From positions 1-50,503 of the forward strand of contig JAYUKQ010000071.1 of assembly GCA_043764315.1 (NCBI GenBank): a DNA stretch of 50,503 nucleotides, read 5' to 3'. Positions within the stretch are counted from its first letter, which is position 1. Each line of letters starts with the position of its first letter. Positions 1-9,155 of the stretch are shown piece by piece. This DNA comes from a bacterium. GTDB lineage: Bacteria > Patescibacteriota > JACMRA01. A program made the translations under genes and the position numbers. The notes under the pieces are model-generated. The model worked only from the letters and a program-made list of their open reading frames with translations. It was not told where the DNA came from and ran no database searches.

Positions 1-18
1 GATGTAAGATCAAATGTC

Positions 19-1128
19 ATGACTTGGGGCAACCGAGCAAATTCAAATTTTTCTTCTAATCCAGCTTTCAGTACCAACACCCCAAAGCAAAATTCTAACC
101 CAAATCAACCACGCAAAGAAAGTGTAAAGCCAAACTTTCAACTTCAAAACACTAATAGATTCGAAATGATTCCAACTTCCAATCAAGAACTAGAATCAAT
201 GACACCCAACAAACCAACTTCAAAAAACTTATCAAATAATAACAATAGTCAAAGTGTAAACAATTCAAATAATAGCACTCCAAATAATAGCACAAATACC
301 GATATTTTCAACGCAGGTTTAGCAGTTAACAACCAAAGTTTATATTCTTTACCAGACAGTTTTGACTCGGCGGCTAAGATAAGACAATTCTTAAGAGATA
401 AAAATTCTTTTTTGGCTAACTATAAAGTCAATATTAGTTTTGAGTCTGATGACGACATTTTTGATCGAAATCCCAATCTTAGGTCTCAAGTTGGACAAAG
501 TGTAGATTTTGCCGAAATGGTATGGAGGTTAGCTAGAACTCAACTCGGTAACAACTGCACCAAATCCGGAACATGTATCAATAATAGTCAAAAACCTATT
601 AACCCAGCCTTTATTCTTGCAATGATACAACGTGAATCCGGTTTAATTTATGGACCAAACGCTAGACTCAATCCTAACTCCACCGAAGCCAAATTTTTAT
701 TGGATAGAACTACTGGTTTTTTATGCACTGAAACTACAGACAAATCCAAAAGTTGCTGGGATCAAAACCCCGACTGGAAGTATTATAAAGGTTTATTTCG
801 TCAAACATTTTATATGGTTCGTAATTTGAGCCTCAACACTAATCACTGTCAAAATGATGGAGTTAACATGTATGGCAAAACCTACAAAGTTGGAGCAACT
901 GTAACTCATACTAACCAGACATTTATTCTTGAAAATGGTGTGACTTGTGCTTTGTACATTTATACTCCACACACCTTTGCCCAAAAATCGCTATTCAAAA
1001 TAATGAATTATCTGGACGCGAACACAGGTTCTTACAAAACCCAAAACCCAAACAACAACTCAACAAACTCAACAAACACAACAAACAGTACTAATAACAG
1101 TAGATTCAAACTAGTTCCAGCTAATTAA
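19..1128 (+). CDS. hypothetical Asn/Ser/Thr-rich secreted-type protein, possible lysozyme-like (transglycosylase) core; may be 5'-partial
   Basis: 369-aa ORF whose frame is open to the window start. Both termini are low-complexity N/S/T/P. The central segment AFILAMIQRESGLIYG resembles the Glu-Ser catalytic region of SLT/lysozyme-like folds (weak, by eye). Confidence 0.55.
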   Translation: MTWGNRANSNFSSNPAFSTNTPKQNSNPNQPRKESVKPNFQLQNTNRFEMIPTSNQELESMTPNKPTSKNLSNNNNSQSVNNSNNSTPNNSTNTDIFNAGLAVNNQSLYSLPDSFDSAAKIRQFLRDKNSFLANYKVNISFESDDDIFDRNPNLRSQVGQSVDFAEMVWRLARTQLGNNCTKSGTCINNSQKPINPAFILAMIQRESGLIYGPNARLNPNSTEAKFLLDRTTGFLCTETTDKSKSCWDQNPDWKYYKGLFRQTFYMVRNLSLNTNHCQNDGVNMYGKTYKVGATVTHTNQTFILENGVTCALYIYTPHTFAQKSLFKIMNYLDANTGSYKTQNPNNNSTNSTNTTNSTNNSRFKLVPAN

Positions 1129-1263
1129 ATTATACTTTATATTGACCATCAAAAAAATTTATCCTGAATTTATTTCAATATCTAAAAATTCAAATATTAT
1201 TTTTATTGAAATAGAAGTTGTGTCAAAATTATCTACCCAAGACAAAGTGATATTTTTTATCAC

Positions 1264-1288
1264 AAAAAAACTTCCCTATTAAAGGAAG
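1264..1288 (-). terminator. rho-independent terminator downstream of tRNA-Cys
   Basis: The minus strand reads CTTCC-TTTAATAG-GGAAG followed by TTTTTTT, 19 nt after the tRNA 3' end. The stem is only 5 bp. Confidence 0.4.
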
Positions 1289-1306
1289 TGTATGTATTAG
1301 CATTAT

Positions 1307-1380
1307 TGGAGGCATCTAGCGGAGTCGAACCGCTCTGGAAGGTTTTGCAGACCTCTGCCTAACCGATCGGCCAAGACGCC
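1307..1380 (-). tRNA. tRNA-Cys (anticodon GCA)
   Basis: The reverse complement folds as a cloverleaf. Acceptor is GGCGTCT/AGATGCC, the anticodon loop CTGCAAA gives GCA, the T-arm is GGTTCGACTCC, the discriminator is U and CCA is encoded. Confidence 0.9.
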
Positions 1381-1509
1381 CAAATATTTAGTTTTCTAAT
1401 TTATTGTATCTAATTTATGTGTTAAATAACTCACATAATCTTAACAACCATATTTGACAATGTCAAGTTTCTAAATCAATTTTTTGATATTTAACCTCTT
1501 AATTTTATC

Positions 1510-2073
1510 ATGAAATCAATCACCAACTTATCAAATGAGCAAAAAATAACCTTAGTTAGTGTTTTATTCAGTTTTATATTTTTATGGCTTATGGGCGCCA
1601 ATGAATTCAAAAATAATTACCTTAATTACTCCACTGCCCTATCTTTTGCAGGATCATTATTATTTTTAAAAACTTTTTTATTCACAACACTTCAATCTGA
1701 AACTCACTTAAAAACTAAGAATTGGTTCAGCTTTGGTCTAGATATTCTACTTTGTTACTCACAAATCTATCTCCTAATGCAAGGTGTTAGGTATCTCAAT
1801 CAAAGTAGCGATCCATTTAATACACTTTGGTTTTTCTTGGTTTCGTCAGTTATTTTTTTTGCACAAGTTTATATTACCAAACAGATCAAATTGTTTACAA
1901 CTTTGATAATCGAAATTGCCCTCTTTGCCGTTTTAACTCTAACGTTACATTTGATTAACATATATACACCTGAAACGCAAATTTACCTTTTAGTACAAGT
2001 TGCAGTTGCATATACTGGATTAGCCTTTTCTTTTTATAGTTACTTTACAATGCTCAAAAAAACAATAGAATAA
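1510..2073 (+). CDS. hypothetical polytopic membrane protein
   Basis: 187-aa ORF with about 5-6 hydrophobic helices. No recognisable motif. Confidence 0.6.
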   Translation: MKSITNLSNEQKITLVSVLFSFIFLWLMGANEFKNNYLNYSTALSFAGSLLFLKTFLFTTLQSETHLKTKNWFSFGLDILLCYSQIYLLMQGVRYLNQSSDPFNTLWFFLVSSVIFFAQVYITKQIKLFTTLIIEIALFAVLTLTLHLINIYTPETQIYLLVQVAVAYTGLAFSFYSYFTMLKKTIE

Positions 2074-2313
2074 AAGAATTTTTAGAAAAATTAACATTGC
2101 CAAAAACTTCTAAAGAGTACACGAATTACATCTCAAATACTTAACTCTTAACTAGTTATCCCAGTAATTAGACAATATCCCAAATCAAATCATCTATTTT
2201 TGTTTATCTATGTTTAGGCATAATACTATATAAAAATGTTTGTTTCCGAGTTATTGTTAATCAAAAACAAATCATAATTGACAAGATAACCAATCCAAAC
2301 TTGGCTTTAACCT

Positions 2314-2817
2314 ATGAAATCAATAATTTATTTGGGCGGAGGTTGCTTTTGGTGCCTAGAAGCTGTCTTTCAGAGAATCCAAGGTGTAACGAGTGTTGTA
2401 TCTGGTTACATCGGCGGAACAATAGAGAATCCAACTTACGAACAGATTTGCCAAGGAGATACTGGTCACGCTGAAGTTATTAAGATTGACTTTGACACAG
2501 ATACAATTAGTCTTGACAAAATCCTAGAGATTTTCTGGTCGGTGCATAATCCGACAACACTCAATAGACAAGGCAATGATATGGGAACTCAATACCGATC
2601 GGGAATTTATTACATAGACCAATTGCAATTACCTATAATCCAACAAAATATACAAAAGGAACAACTCAACTGGTCAGATCCAATTGTCACTGAAGTGGAA
2701 CTAGCCAAGACTTTTTACGAAGCTGAAAAATATCATCAAGATTATTACAATCAACATTCTTGGCAACCCTATTGTCAATTAGTTATTAGACCAAAGTTAG
2801 ACAAAGTCAGGAAATAA
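2314..2817 (+). CDS. msrA: peptide-methionine (S)-S-oxide reductase MsrA
   Basis: N-terminal GGGCFWCLEAVF catalytic motif, plus the HNPTTLNRQGND.GTQYRS and KYHQDYY motifs typical of MsrA. Confidence 0.95.
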   Translation: MKSIIYLGGGCFWCLEAVFQRIQGVTSVVSGYIGGTIENPTYEQICQGDTGHAEVIKIDFDTDTISLDKILEIFWSVHNPTTLNRQGNDMGTQYRSGIYYIDQLQLPIIQQNIQKEQLNWSDPIVTEVELAKTFYEAEKYHQDYYNQHSWQPYCQLVIRPKLDKVRK

Positions 2818-3019
2818 ATTAATATAGCTCTTTTAAATTAATTATGTTATAACTTTCAACTTTTACAAAATAACTTTTTGATAGATTAAAACTATTAAAG
2901 TATAGTATATTTAGAATCAAAATTAGAACTGTAAACTGCAAATATAAATACAAGTTTTTTGTTGAGAGAGATAACTTCCATTGACAATCAGATGTATATT
3001 TGGTTCAATAAATATCATT

Positions 3020-3376
3020 ATGTCTAAAGCTAAAGTTCTCAACGCAGCATCATTTGAAGAAATGAAAAACCAATCAGGTTACTATCTAATTGATCTTTGG
3101 GCAGAATGGTGCCCACCATGCAAAGCGATGTCGCCAGTAATTGATTCACTTTCACAGGATGCTGATTTGAATTCAATTACATTTTTTAAGTGTGATGTAG
3201 ATGATCAAACGGAAATTGCCGATTTTTTTTCTGTAAGTTCAATTCCAACCTTTCTTCTCATCAAGTCCAAAGGTGATGGAAGTCTCAATCTAACAACTGA
3301 CATTATCAAAAAAATAGTTGGTACCAAATCACCATTTGACTTCAAAATTGCTCTAAAGTCAGCCATCAACCAATAA
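3020..3376 (+). CDS. trxA: thioredoxin
   Basis: WAEWCPPCKAM active site (a WCxxC variant) and SIPTFLL cis-Pro region. The ORF-track start at 2981 is TTG and overlaps a TTGACA box, so ATG at 3020 is preferred. Confidence 0.88.
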   Translation: MSKAKVLNAASFEEMKNQSGYYLIDLWAEWCPPCKAMSPVIDSLSQDADLNSITFFKCDVDDQTEIADFFSVSSIPTFLLIKSKGDGSLNLTTDIIKKIVGTKSPFDFKIALKSAINQ

Positions 3377-3429
3377 TCAATCAATAAACACAACCCTCAA
3401 AAAGGGCTTTTTTATTTTATCAAAATTTT

Positions 3430-3684
3430 ATGTACTGTAGTTTTGGAATTTTTAATTATATCTTTGGTTTTATAAGTATATTACTCATTATAACCTTGAT
3501 TTTGATTGGTCTCAATTTGACTCATCGAGGTTTTCAAAAAAAACTACTAAAACCAGTTTTGATACCTTTTTTTGTTATTCTTGTATTTTGTTCTGTCAAC
3601 GTTGTATCTTCAAGCCAAAAGCTAATTGATAGGATTGAGCCGACATTTTGCCTCAAAGTAAGAGATATTTATATTAAAAAGTAA
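3430..3684 (+). CDS. hypothetical small membrane protein
   Basis: 84-aa ORF with two hydrophobic helices. There is no homology signal, so coding status is uncertain. Confidence 0.35.
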   Translation: MYCSFGIFNYIFGFISILLIITLILIGLNLTHRGFQKKLLKPVLIPFFVILVFCSVNVVSSSQKLIDRIEPTFCLKVRDIYIKK

Positions 3685-3686
3685 AC

Positions 3687-4328
3687 TTAAGGATGTAAGT
3701 TGAGCTGCATACAAAAATTCCACAAATCAGTTTGCTCTTTGAGAATTTGTTCTTGTGATAAATACTTATTCAGCCTTAAAAAACCATGAAAGCCCCACTC
3801 ACAACCTATAATTCTATCAATACCAAACAGTTCTTTTAGTTCCAAAATATCACTTACGGTATCAGTGAAGTAATAACAATCGGTAGGTTTGACACCCCAA
3901 GAATCACAAACCAAATTAACCTTACACTCTTTACTACTACTAGTTTCAAAACCATAAATAAATTCAAACATGGAAGACTTAGAACCCAAAATATCTTTAA
4001 TGTAATAACTAAAACCAGAAGAAACTATAGCCAATTTGTAATTTTTGGTGTTGTTAATGTCAGTAATTTGTTGAACGAAGCCCTCAAATAAACTCGGTTT
4101 AGCTTGTATCAATTTGTCACATAGGTGTTTCAAAAAATACCAATCTTTTTCCTTTTGTTCAGGACTTTTTTCCAAAGATAAAACAGGTTTACTAAAATAA
4201 TTCAAAAATTGTCTTTTGACTTCATCCAAGTCAGTGGTTCCATAAATTAATGATTCAGCGATAATTTTGATGCAAGGTTCAAGACTATCACAAATAACAC
4301 CATCAAAATCGAATATAAAGTAGTTCAT
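3687..4328 (-). CDS. HAD-superfamily hydrolase (phosphatase-like)
   Basis: HAD motif I FIFDFDGVICDS at the N-terminus, motif II (AIVSSG) and a C-terminal acidic motif region. Confidence 0.8.
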   Translation of the reverse strand: MNYFIFDFDGVICDSLEPCIKIIAESLIYGTTDLDEVKRQFLNYFSKPVLSLEKSPEQKEKDWYFLKHLCDKLIQAKPSLFEGFVQQITDINNTKNYKLAIVSSGFSYYIKDILGSKSSMFEFIYGFETSSSKECKVNLVCDSWGVKPTDCYYFTDTVSDILELKELFGIDRIIGCEWGFHGFLRLNKYLSQEQILKEQTDLWNFCMQLNLHP

Positions 4329-4356
4329 TTTTAATATTTTAATAATTTTTTTTAGT

Positions 4357-4379
4357 AAAAAACCTTCTTTAAAAGAAAG
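4357..4379 (-). terminator. rho-independent terminator after the 4416..5600 gene
   Basis: The minus strand reads CTTTCTT-TTA-AAGAAGG (7-bp stem with one G-U pair) followed by TTTTTT, about 37 nt past the stop codon. Confidence 0.45.
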
Positions 4380-4415
4380 TTGAGTTTGTGTTAAGTTTTA
4401 TGTTGTAATCTATTA

Positions 4416-5600
4416 TTAGTCAGCTGTAATTGGTGGTGGTGCAATACTATCTTCAGAAACCTTAGTACTAATATTAGTACCTGCAGGTATTCCACAGTTT
4501 TTTGATATGTAACCTTTTTCTAGATCATCGGTCGTTGCTCCAACTCTTGTCAGAGTGTCTTTTGTGTTTTGATGAAGTGGGTTTGAATTAGCTTGACTAG
4601 CAATTTCTCCAAGCCTAAACGTATCCATCTTAGTTGTAGTAACTGCATTTGAATCATAACAGTTAGCAACTTCAGAACCATCTGAAAACGTATCGCTATC
4701 ACTATCTTTTGCCTTTGGATTAGAAAAATAAACTTTGACTTCGTCACCGTCGCTCAATCCATCACTATCAGTGTCAGCTTGGTTTGGGTTAGTTCCATAA
4801 ATGTATTCTTCTAAGTTGGATAATCCATCGTTCTCTGGATCGGCTTTTTCGGAACATATACTAAGAATTTTGCAAGATCCGTCAGCTGTTACAGCTCCAG
4901 CTGTAGTTTTAAAATTTTCCTGAACCCAAATTTTTGGTAATTTAGTAGCTCCAGAATTAACAATTGACTTGCCAGCTGGTGTGGATGGATCTGGCGTATT
5001 TTTGACTACTCCATTTTTTGTAGATTTGGTAGTTGAGCTAGATTTTGTTGTAATGTCAGATTTTTCTGTTTTAGTTTCTGAAGAAGTATTAGAAGATACT
5101 ACAGCAATTTTGGTCTGATTATTGGTTATAGCTGGTTTTGAATTTTGTGAATTAATAATGTATAGTGCAACACTAGCCACAAGCAAAATTACCATTAATC
5201 CAATCAATCCAAAGATTAATATTTTTTTGGTGTTACTTTTTGGATGATCGACAACCTCTTCTTCAAACTCCTCTAATGGTTGATTATTTGGCGTGTAGTT
5301 GTAACCATTAACTTGATTGTTAAAATCGGAATTTTCTCCAGAATAAGGAGTGTAGTCAGATATATTGGAAGGATTAATAGGAGCTACACTTTGATTAAAA
5401 TTATTTGCTGTGGGATATTGATTAATTGTCGTATCAAAAGATTGTTGTGGGTTAAAATCTGATAAAGATGGATTGTATTGATTAGCAACAGGTTGTGATT
5501 CAAAATTAGGATTGTAATTAGGATTGTAATTAGGATCAAAATTGACTGGTAAATTAGGGTTGGTTACAGGTTGAGGGTTAAATTGGTTATTATCCGCCAT
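4416..5600 (-). CDS. membrane-anchored surface protein with thrombospondin type-3-like Ca-binding repeats
   Basis: N/P/Q/Y-rich N-terminus, one TM helix (ILIFGLIGLMVILLVASVALYII) and an S/T-rich linker. These are followed by DPENDGLSNLEEY and DTDSDGLSDGDE / DSDSDTFSDGSE acidic repeats. Confidence 0.7.
   Translation of the reverse strand: MADNNQFNPQPVTNPNLPVNFDPNYNPNYNPNFESQPVANQYNPSLSDFNPQQSFDTTINQYPTANNFNQSVAPINPSNISDYTPYSGENSDFNNQVNGYNYTPNNQPLEEFEEEVVDHPKSNTKKILIFGLIGLMVILLVASVALYIINSQNSKPAITNNQTKIAVVSSNTSSETKTEKSDITTKSSSTTKSTKNGVVKNTPDPSTPAGKSIVNSGATKLPKIWVQENFKTTAGAVTADGSCKILSICSEKADPENDGLSNLEEYIYGTNPNQADTDSDGLSDGDEVKVYFSNPKAKDSDSDTFSDGSEVANCYDSNAVTTTKMDTFRLGEIASQANSNPLHQNTKDTLTRVGATTDDLEKGYISKNCGIPAGTNISTKVSEDSIAPPPITAD
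5506..5536. repeat. 12-bp tandem repeat (about 2.6 copies) encoding NPNY repeats
   Basis: ttaggattgtaa occurs twice in tandem, then ttaggat. It lies inside the 4416..5600 CDS and encodes NYNPNYNPNF. Confidence 0.7.
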
Positions 5601-5622
5601 AAATAGTTAAGTTAATAATGAT

Positions 5623-5651
5623 ATTTTAATTTAGTTTTTCGTACTTGTCAA
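5623..5651 (-). promoter_or_regulatory. sigma70-type promoter for the 4416..5600 gene
   Basis: The minus strand reads TTGACA-17 nt-TAAAAT, placing the start site about 15 nt upstream of ATG 5600. Confidence 0.5.
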
Positions 5652-5683
5652 AATGTTTATTTAGCTATAAACTATTGCTAACG

Positions 5684-6373
5684 ATGGCTATTAACCTAAA
5701 AAATCCTACTCCAAATAAAAATAAAAATGTTGCCTCTAGTCTAAATTTTTTGCAAATTGCAGAGATTAGAGATAGTGTTTTAGTTTTGCGTGAATCTCAA
5801 ATTAGGTGTATTTTAGCAGTATCTTCAACCAACTTTGCCCTAAAAAGCCAACAAGAACAAGAAATGATCATTGGTACGTTTCAAGGTATACTTAATTCCA
5901 TAGATTTTCCCATCCAAATTGTAATTCAAAACAGACGAGTCAACCTTGATAATTATATTGAAAAACTAAAAAACCTTCAAGACACCCAAACTAATGATTT
6001 GCTTAGAGTTAAAATGCAAGAATACATTGAGTATATTCAAAATATAATTAAAGAAGCTAACATTATGGAAAAAAACTTTTACATTGTAGCTGGATATGAT
6101 CCAATTTCAATCAAAGAAGGTATTTTTGGGAGTTTTTTGAGATCACTTAATCCTGCACGAATAGTCAAACAAAAACAAGAAGATTTTTTGAAGAACCGCA
6201 AAATGATCATGACAAGAGTTGATGAAATTGCCTCCAAAATGGGAGGTTTAGATCTCAAAGTTTCACTTTTAAATACAGAGCAACTAATAGCTTTGATGTA
6301 CAACTGTTACAATCCAGACACAACTGACTCTATTCGATTAAGAGATATTTCTAGTATTGATGTGGAAATTTAA
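5684..6373 (+). CDS. stand-alone protein resembling the N-terminal (non-ATPase) domain of Gram-positive-type VirB4/TraE/TcpF T4SS ATPases
   Basis: The pattern IAEIRDSVLVLRESQIRCILAVSSTNFALKSQQEQEMIIGTFQGILNSIDFPIQIVIQ...NFYIV matches my recollection of VirB4-family N-domains. There is no Walker A/B. ATG 5684 is preferred over TTG 5645, which overlaps the divergent promoter. Confidence 0.5.
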   Translation: MAINLKNPTPNKNKNVASSLNFLQIAEIRDSVLVLRESQIRCILAVSSTNFALKSQQEQEMIIGTFQGILNSIDFPIQIVIQNRRVNLDNYIEKLKNLQDTQTNDLLRVKMQEYIEYIQNIIKEANIMEKNFYIVAGYDPISIKEGIFGSFLRSLNPARIVKQKQEDFLKNRKMIMTRVDEIASKMGGLDLKVSLLNTEQLIALMYNCYNPDTTDSIRLRDISSIDVEI

Positions 6374-6389
6374 CAGCTGATCTAGAAAT

Positions 6390-7304
6390 TCATTTGGTAC
6401 TTTCTATTCTTGTCCAAAGATTATCTTTTTTAGATACACCATCTAGCCAAATTAGAATCCAGAGATATAGTCGAAGTGGAAATAATATCAAGCTATAAAT
6501 TAATTCAAGTGGACTTTTGGCATATTTGAAAGGAAAAAGAAAGAAGGATAATTCGCTCCACAAACTTCTAGTTTTACCAGCATAAAACAATTTTGGAAAA
6601 TCTTTTTTTAATTCACGATAACCTCCAGCTGATCGTCTTTTTTGGTTTATCCAGTCAGTCAAATTACTAGGATATTTGATTTTTACCGTAGCTCGTGGTT
6701 GGTAACCTATTTGATAACCCTGCTCTATAATCTGACAGCTAAATTGAGCATCGTCGATTAATGTGTTAAAAGGCAAGTCTTTAAGTAATTTTTTTTGGTA
6801 AGCAACCAAATAACCACTAACAAAATAAGATTCACCTAGTTTATACACTTCATTACGTTTGGTATGAGCTGCATCAGCCAGAAGGTGACCAATATATCCC
6901 CAAAAATTACTCTTAGAGTCATTAGAAACTGGTCTACCAGAAATTGCTCCTAAACCACTTATTTCATTTGAGTCAATTGTCTTGATTAAGTTATCAATAG
7001 AATTAGCGTCCAAAAAAACATCTCCATCAGTACATATTACCCAATCAGCGTTGATCTGACTTAAAGCTAAATTCAGAGCTGATGGTTTACCCTGACCCAG
7101 ATCAGTTAAAATAATAAAATTACTTAATTGATTCCACTTAATAGCTGAATTTTGAGCAACTTGTTTAGTTTCATAATCTGGAGCTGAAAGATAAACTGTC
7201 ATACACTGATTAAAATTATTATTTTTTGGGTCGAATATTGAATCAAGTAATTTGGCTACAGTTGGCTCTTTATAAGCTGTTATCAATATTGCTATGCTAG
7301 ACAT
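6390..7304 (-). CDS. family 2 glycosyltransferase
   Basis: The N-terminal ILITAYKEP motif, the DGD (DxD) motif in CTDGDVFLD and C-terminal TM helices are typical of GT2 enzymes. Confidence 0.85.
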   Translation of the reverse strand: MSSIAILITAYKEPTVAKLLDSIFDPKNNNFNQCMTVYLSAPDYETKQVAQNSAIKWNQLSNFIILTDLGQGKPSALNLALSQINADWVICTDGDVFLDANSIDNLIKTIDSNEISGLGAISGRPVSNDSKSNFWGYIGHLLADAAHTKRNEVYKLGESYFVSGYLVAYQKKLLKDLPFNTLIDDAQFSCQIIEQGYQIGYQPRATVKIKYPSNLTDWINQKRRSAGGYRELKKDFPKLFYAGKTRSLWSELSFFLFPFKYAKSPLELIYSLILFPLRLYLWILIWLDGVSKKDNLWTRIESTK

Positions 7305-7348
7305 TTTAGGTTATTGTAGATTTGGAAAAGTTTTTTTAAGTAAATTAA

Positions 7349-7777
7349 TTATTGATTAATAATCAAAGCGTAGTGACCAGTAGCTACAAAATCTGCTCCA
7401 AGTGACATTGCTTTTTGATAGAATATGCCAAACTTAATATTACCATTACACATAACATCAGGATTAGGTGTGCGACCACAATTATATTCATCAATCATGT
7501 ACTTTACGACTTTTTGATAATATTCTTCTTGAAAATCCCAAATTTCAAAGGGTATTTTGAGCTTATTAGCAACAATAGCAGCGTCTTGGATATCATCCTC
7601 CCAAGAACAATCATACAGATCAACTGATAGTTTCATTCGATTGATTTGATCCATTGACCAACATTTCATAAAAACACCAATAAGATCGTAATTATTTTTC
7701 TTCAAACTAGCGGCTGCGACCGATGAATCAACTCCACCAGATAACATTACATAAACTTTTGATTGTGAGTTAGACAT
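7349..7777 (-). CDS. mnmA: truncated tRNA 2-thiouridine synthase MnmA (N-terminal PP-loop fragment only; probable pseudogene)
   Basis: SGGVDSSV PP-loop, GRTPNPDVMCN and ATGHYA motifs align with about the first 135 residues of MnmA (full length about 360 aa). The ORF then ends LIINQ-TAA, 45 nt from the next gene. Confidence 0.8.
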   Translation of the reverse strand: MSNSQSKVYVMLSGGVDSSVAAASLKKNNYDLIGVFMKCWSMDQINRMKLSVDLYDCSWEDDIQDAAIVANKLKIPFEIWDFQEEYYQKVVKYMIDEYNCGRTPNPDVMCNGNIKFGIFYQKAMSLGADFVATGHYALIINQ

Positions 7778-7974
7778 AATTTTGATTAAAAATACTAATA
7801 TTTATACTAATATTACTTTCTTTTTTTACAAAACAATTTTTTGATAAGTGACTAATCCTTATTATTAAGCTATCTTCGAGCCAAAGTTTGGTCAAGGTTC
7901 ACATATGCTTGGATATATACTAACTGTTGTGTATAAATTATTTTATAACAAGTTATCAGTTGGAAAAATATTCT

Positions 7975-8000
7975 AAAAAAAATAACTCCAAAATGGAGTT
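7975..8000 (-). terminator. rho-independent terminator after the RRM-protein gene
   Basis: The minus strand reads AACTCCA-TTT-TGGAGTT (7-bp perfect stem), then A and TTTTTTTT, 24 nt past the stop codon. Confidence 0.6.
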
Positions 8001-8023
8001 TAAGAATTCTAATTAATTAATAA

Positions 8024-8341
8024 CTATTCTTCTTCTTTTGCTTTTGCTAAGCTGGTTGAGAGTTTAATACCACCTTCAAAGTCAACGTTAGCACAGTGTT
8101 CTAATACAGCGTGAGCTGCCTCCTCATCTTCCATTTCTACAAAACAGAAATTTTTGTAAACAACACCTTCTTTTTCTTTATCTCGAATAAAGATGATAGC
8201 TTCTTCATCAACTCCAGTTCTTGGATTGTTAATAATTTTGATTTTACCATATTGTGAGAATAAGTTGATAAGCATTGTTTTTCTGTCTTCTAAAGATAGG
8301 TAGTTACGAAACCCGTGAACAAATAGTTTACTGTTAGACAT
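8024..8341 (-). CDS. RNA-recognition-motif (RRM)-like RNA-binding protein
   Basis: 105 aa. KLFVHGF is RNP2-like and NFCFVEM is RNP1-like, with spacing and length typical of single-RRM bacterial proteins. Confidence 0.55.
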   Translation of the reverse strand: MSNSKLFVHGFRNYLSLEDRKTMLINLFSQYGKIKIINNPRTGVDEEAIIFIRDKEKEGVVYKNFCFVEMEDEEAAHAVLEHCANVDFEGGIKLSTSLAKAKEEE

Positions 8342-8712
8342 ATAAAGGATTATTTTTTAATAAAGTCAATTAAGAGTATTATTATTATTATAGTATTAGA
8401 AGTTAATACATCTATTATGATAAATAATATTTTATTTTATGGCAAGTATTAGTCAAATTTTGTATATATTTATATCATTTATGCTTATATATTAAAAATA
8501 TATTGTAATTTATGAGTGGTTTATATTAAAATATTTGTTATTTTGGGTGTTCACAAATCAATCTAAACATCTCATACAAAATTTGACAAGTGATTAAAAA
8601 TCTTACCTTAATATGCGGTAGGTTAAACTTTGTTTTGTATACAGATAAAAATACACCACACCAAAAATTGTTTTTAAAGCAATAATTACATTATTATTAA
8701 AATAACCTTAAA

Positions 8713-9138
8713 ATGAACCAACAATTAGACGATCAAGCCATCTTAAACTCAATACCAGATAGTCAAAAAGAACAAGAATACCTAGAAGTTGGAGTGAGAC
8801 CTTGGGGAGTGTATTACGTATTAGAAAATAAACCTAACTATAAAGTCAAAAAAATTGTCGTTAACACGAATCAAAGATTATCTTTACAAAGTCACAAACA
8901 CCGATCTGAACACTGGGTCGTAGTCTCTGGAACAGCAACGGTTGAAATACGCAAAGAAGAAAATCCAAAAAATTGGACTTTTGATCTAATGCCAAACGAA
9001 TCTTGCTATATTCAAGCTACCAAATTGCATAGACTAGCAAATTATGGCAAAGTGCCTCTTGTTATAGTAGAAATACAAGTTGGAGAATACACAGGAGAAG
9101 ATGATATCGAGAGGTATGAAGATGATTACAACAGGTAA
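8713..9138 (+). CDS. cupin-type mannose-6-phosphate isomerase domain protein (ManC C-terminal-like)
   Basis: RPWGVYYVL...YKVKKIVVNTNQRLSLQSHKHRSEHWVVVSGTA matches the type II PMI cupin signature. Confidence 0.8.
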   Translation: MNQQLDDQAILNSIPDSQKEQEYLEVGVRPWGVYYVLENKPNYKVKKIVVNTNQRLSLQSHKHRSEHWVVVSGTATVEIRKEENPKNWTFDLMPNESCYIQATKLHRLANYGKVPLVIVEIQVGEYTGEDDIERYEDDYNR

Positions 9139-9155
9139 TGATAATTTAAAAGTTA

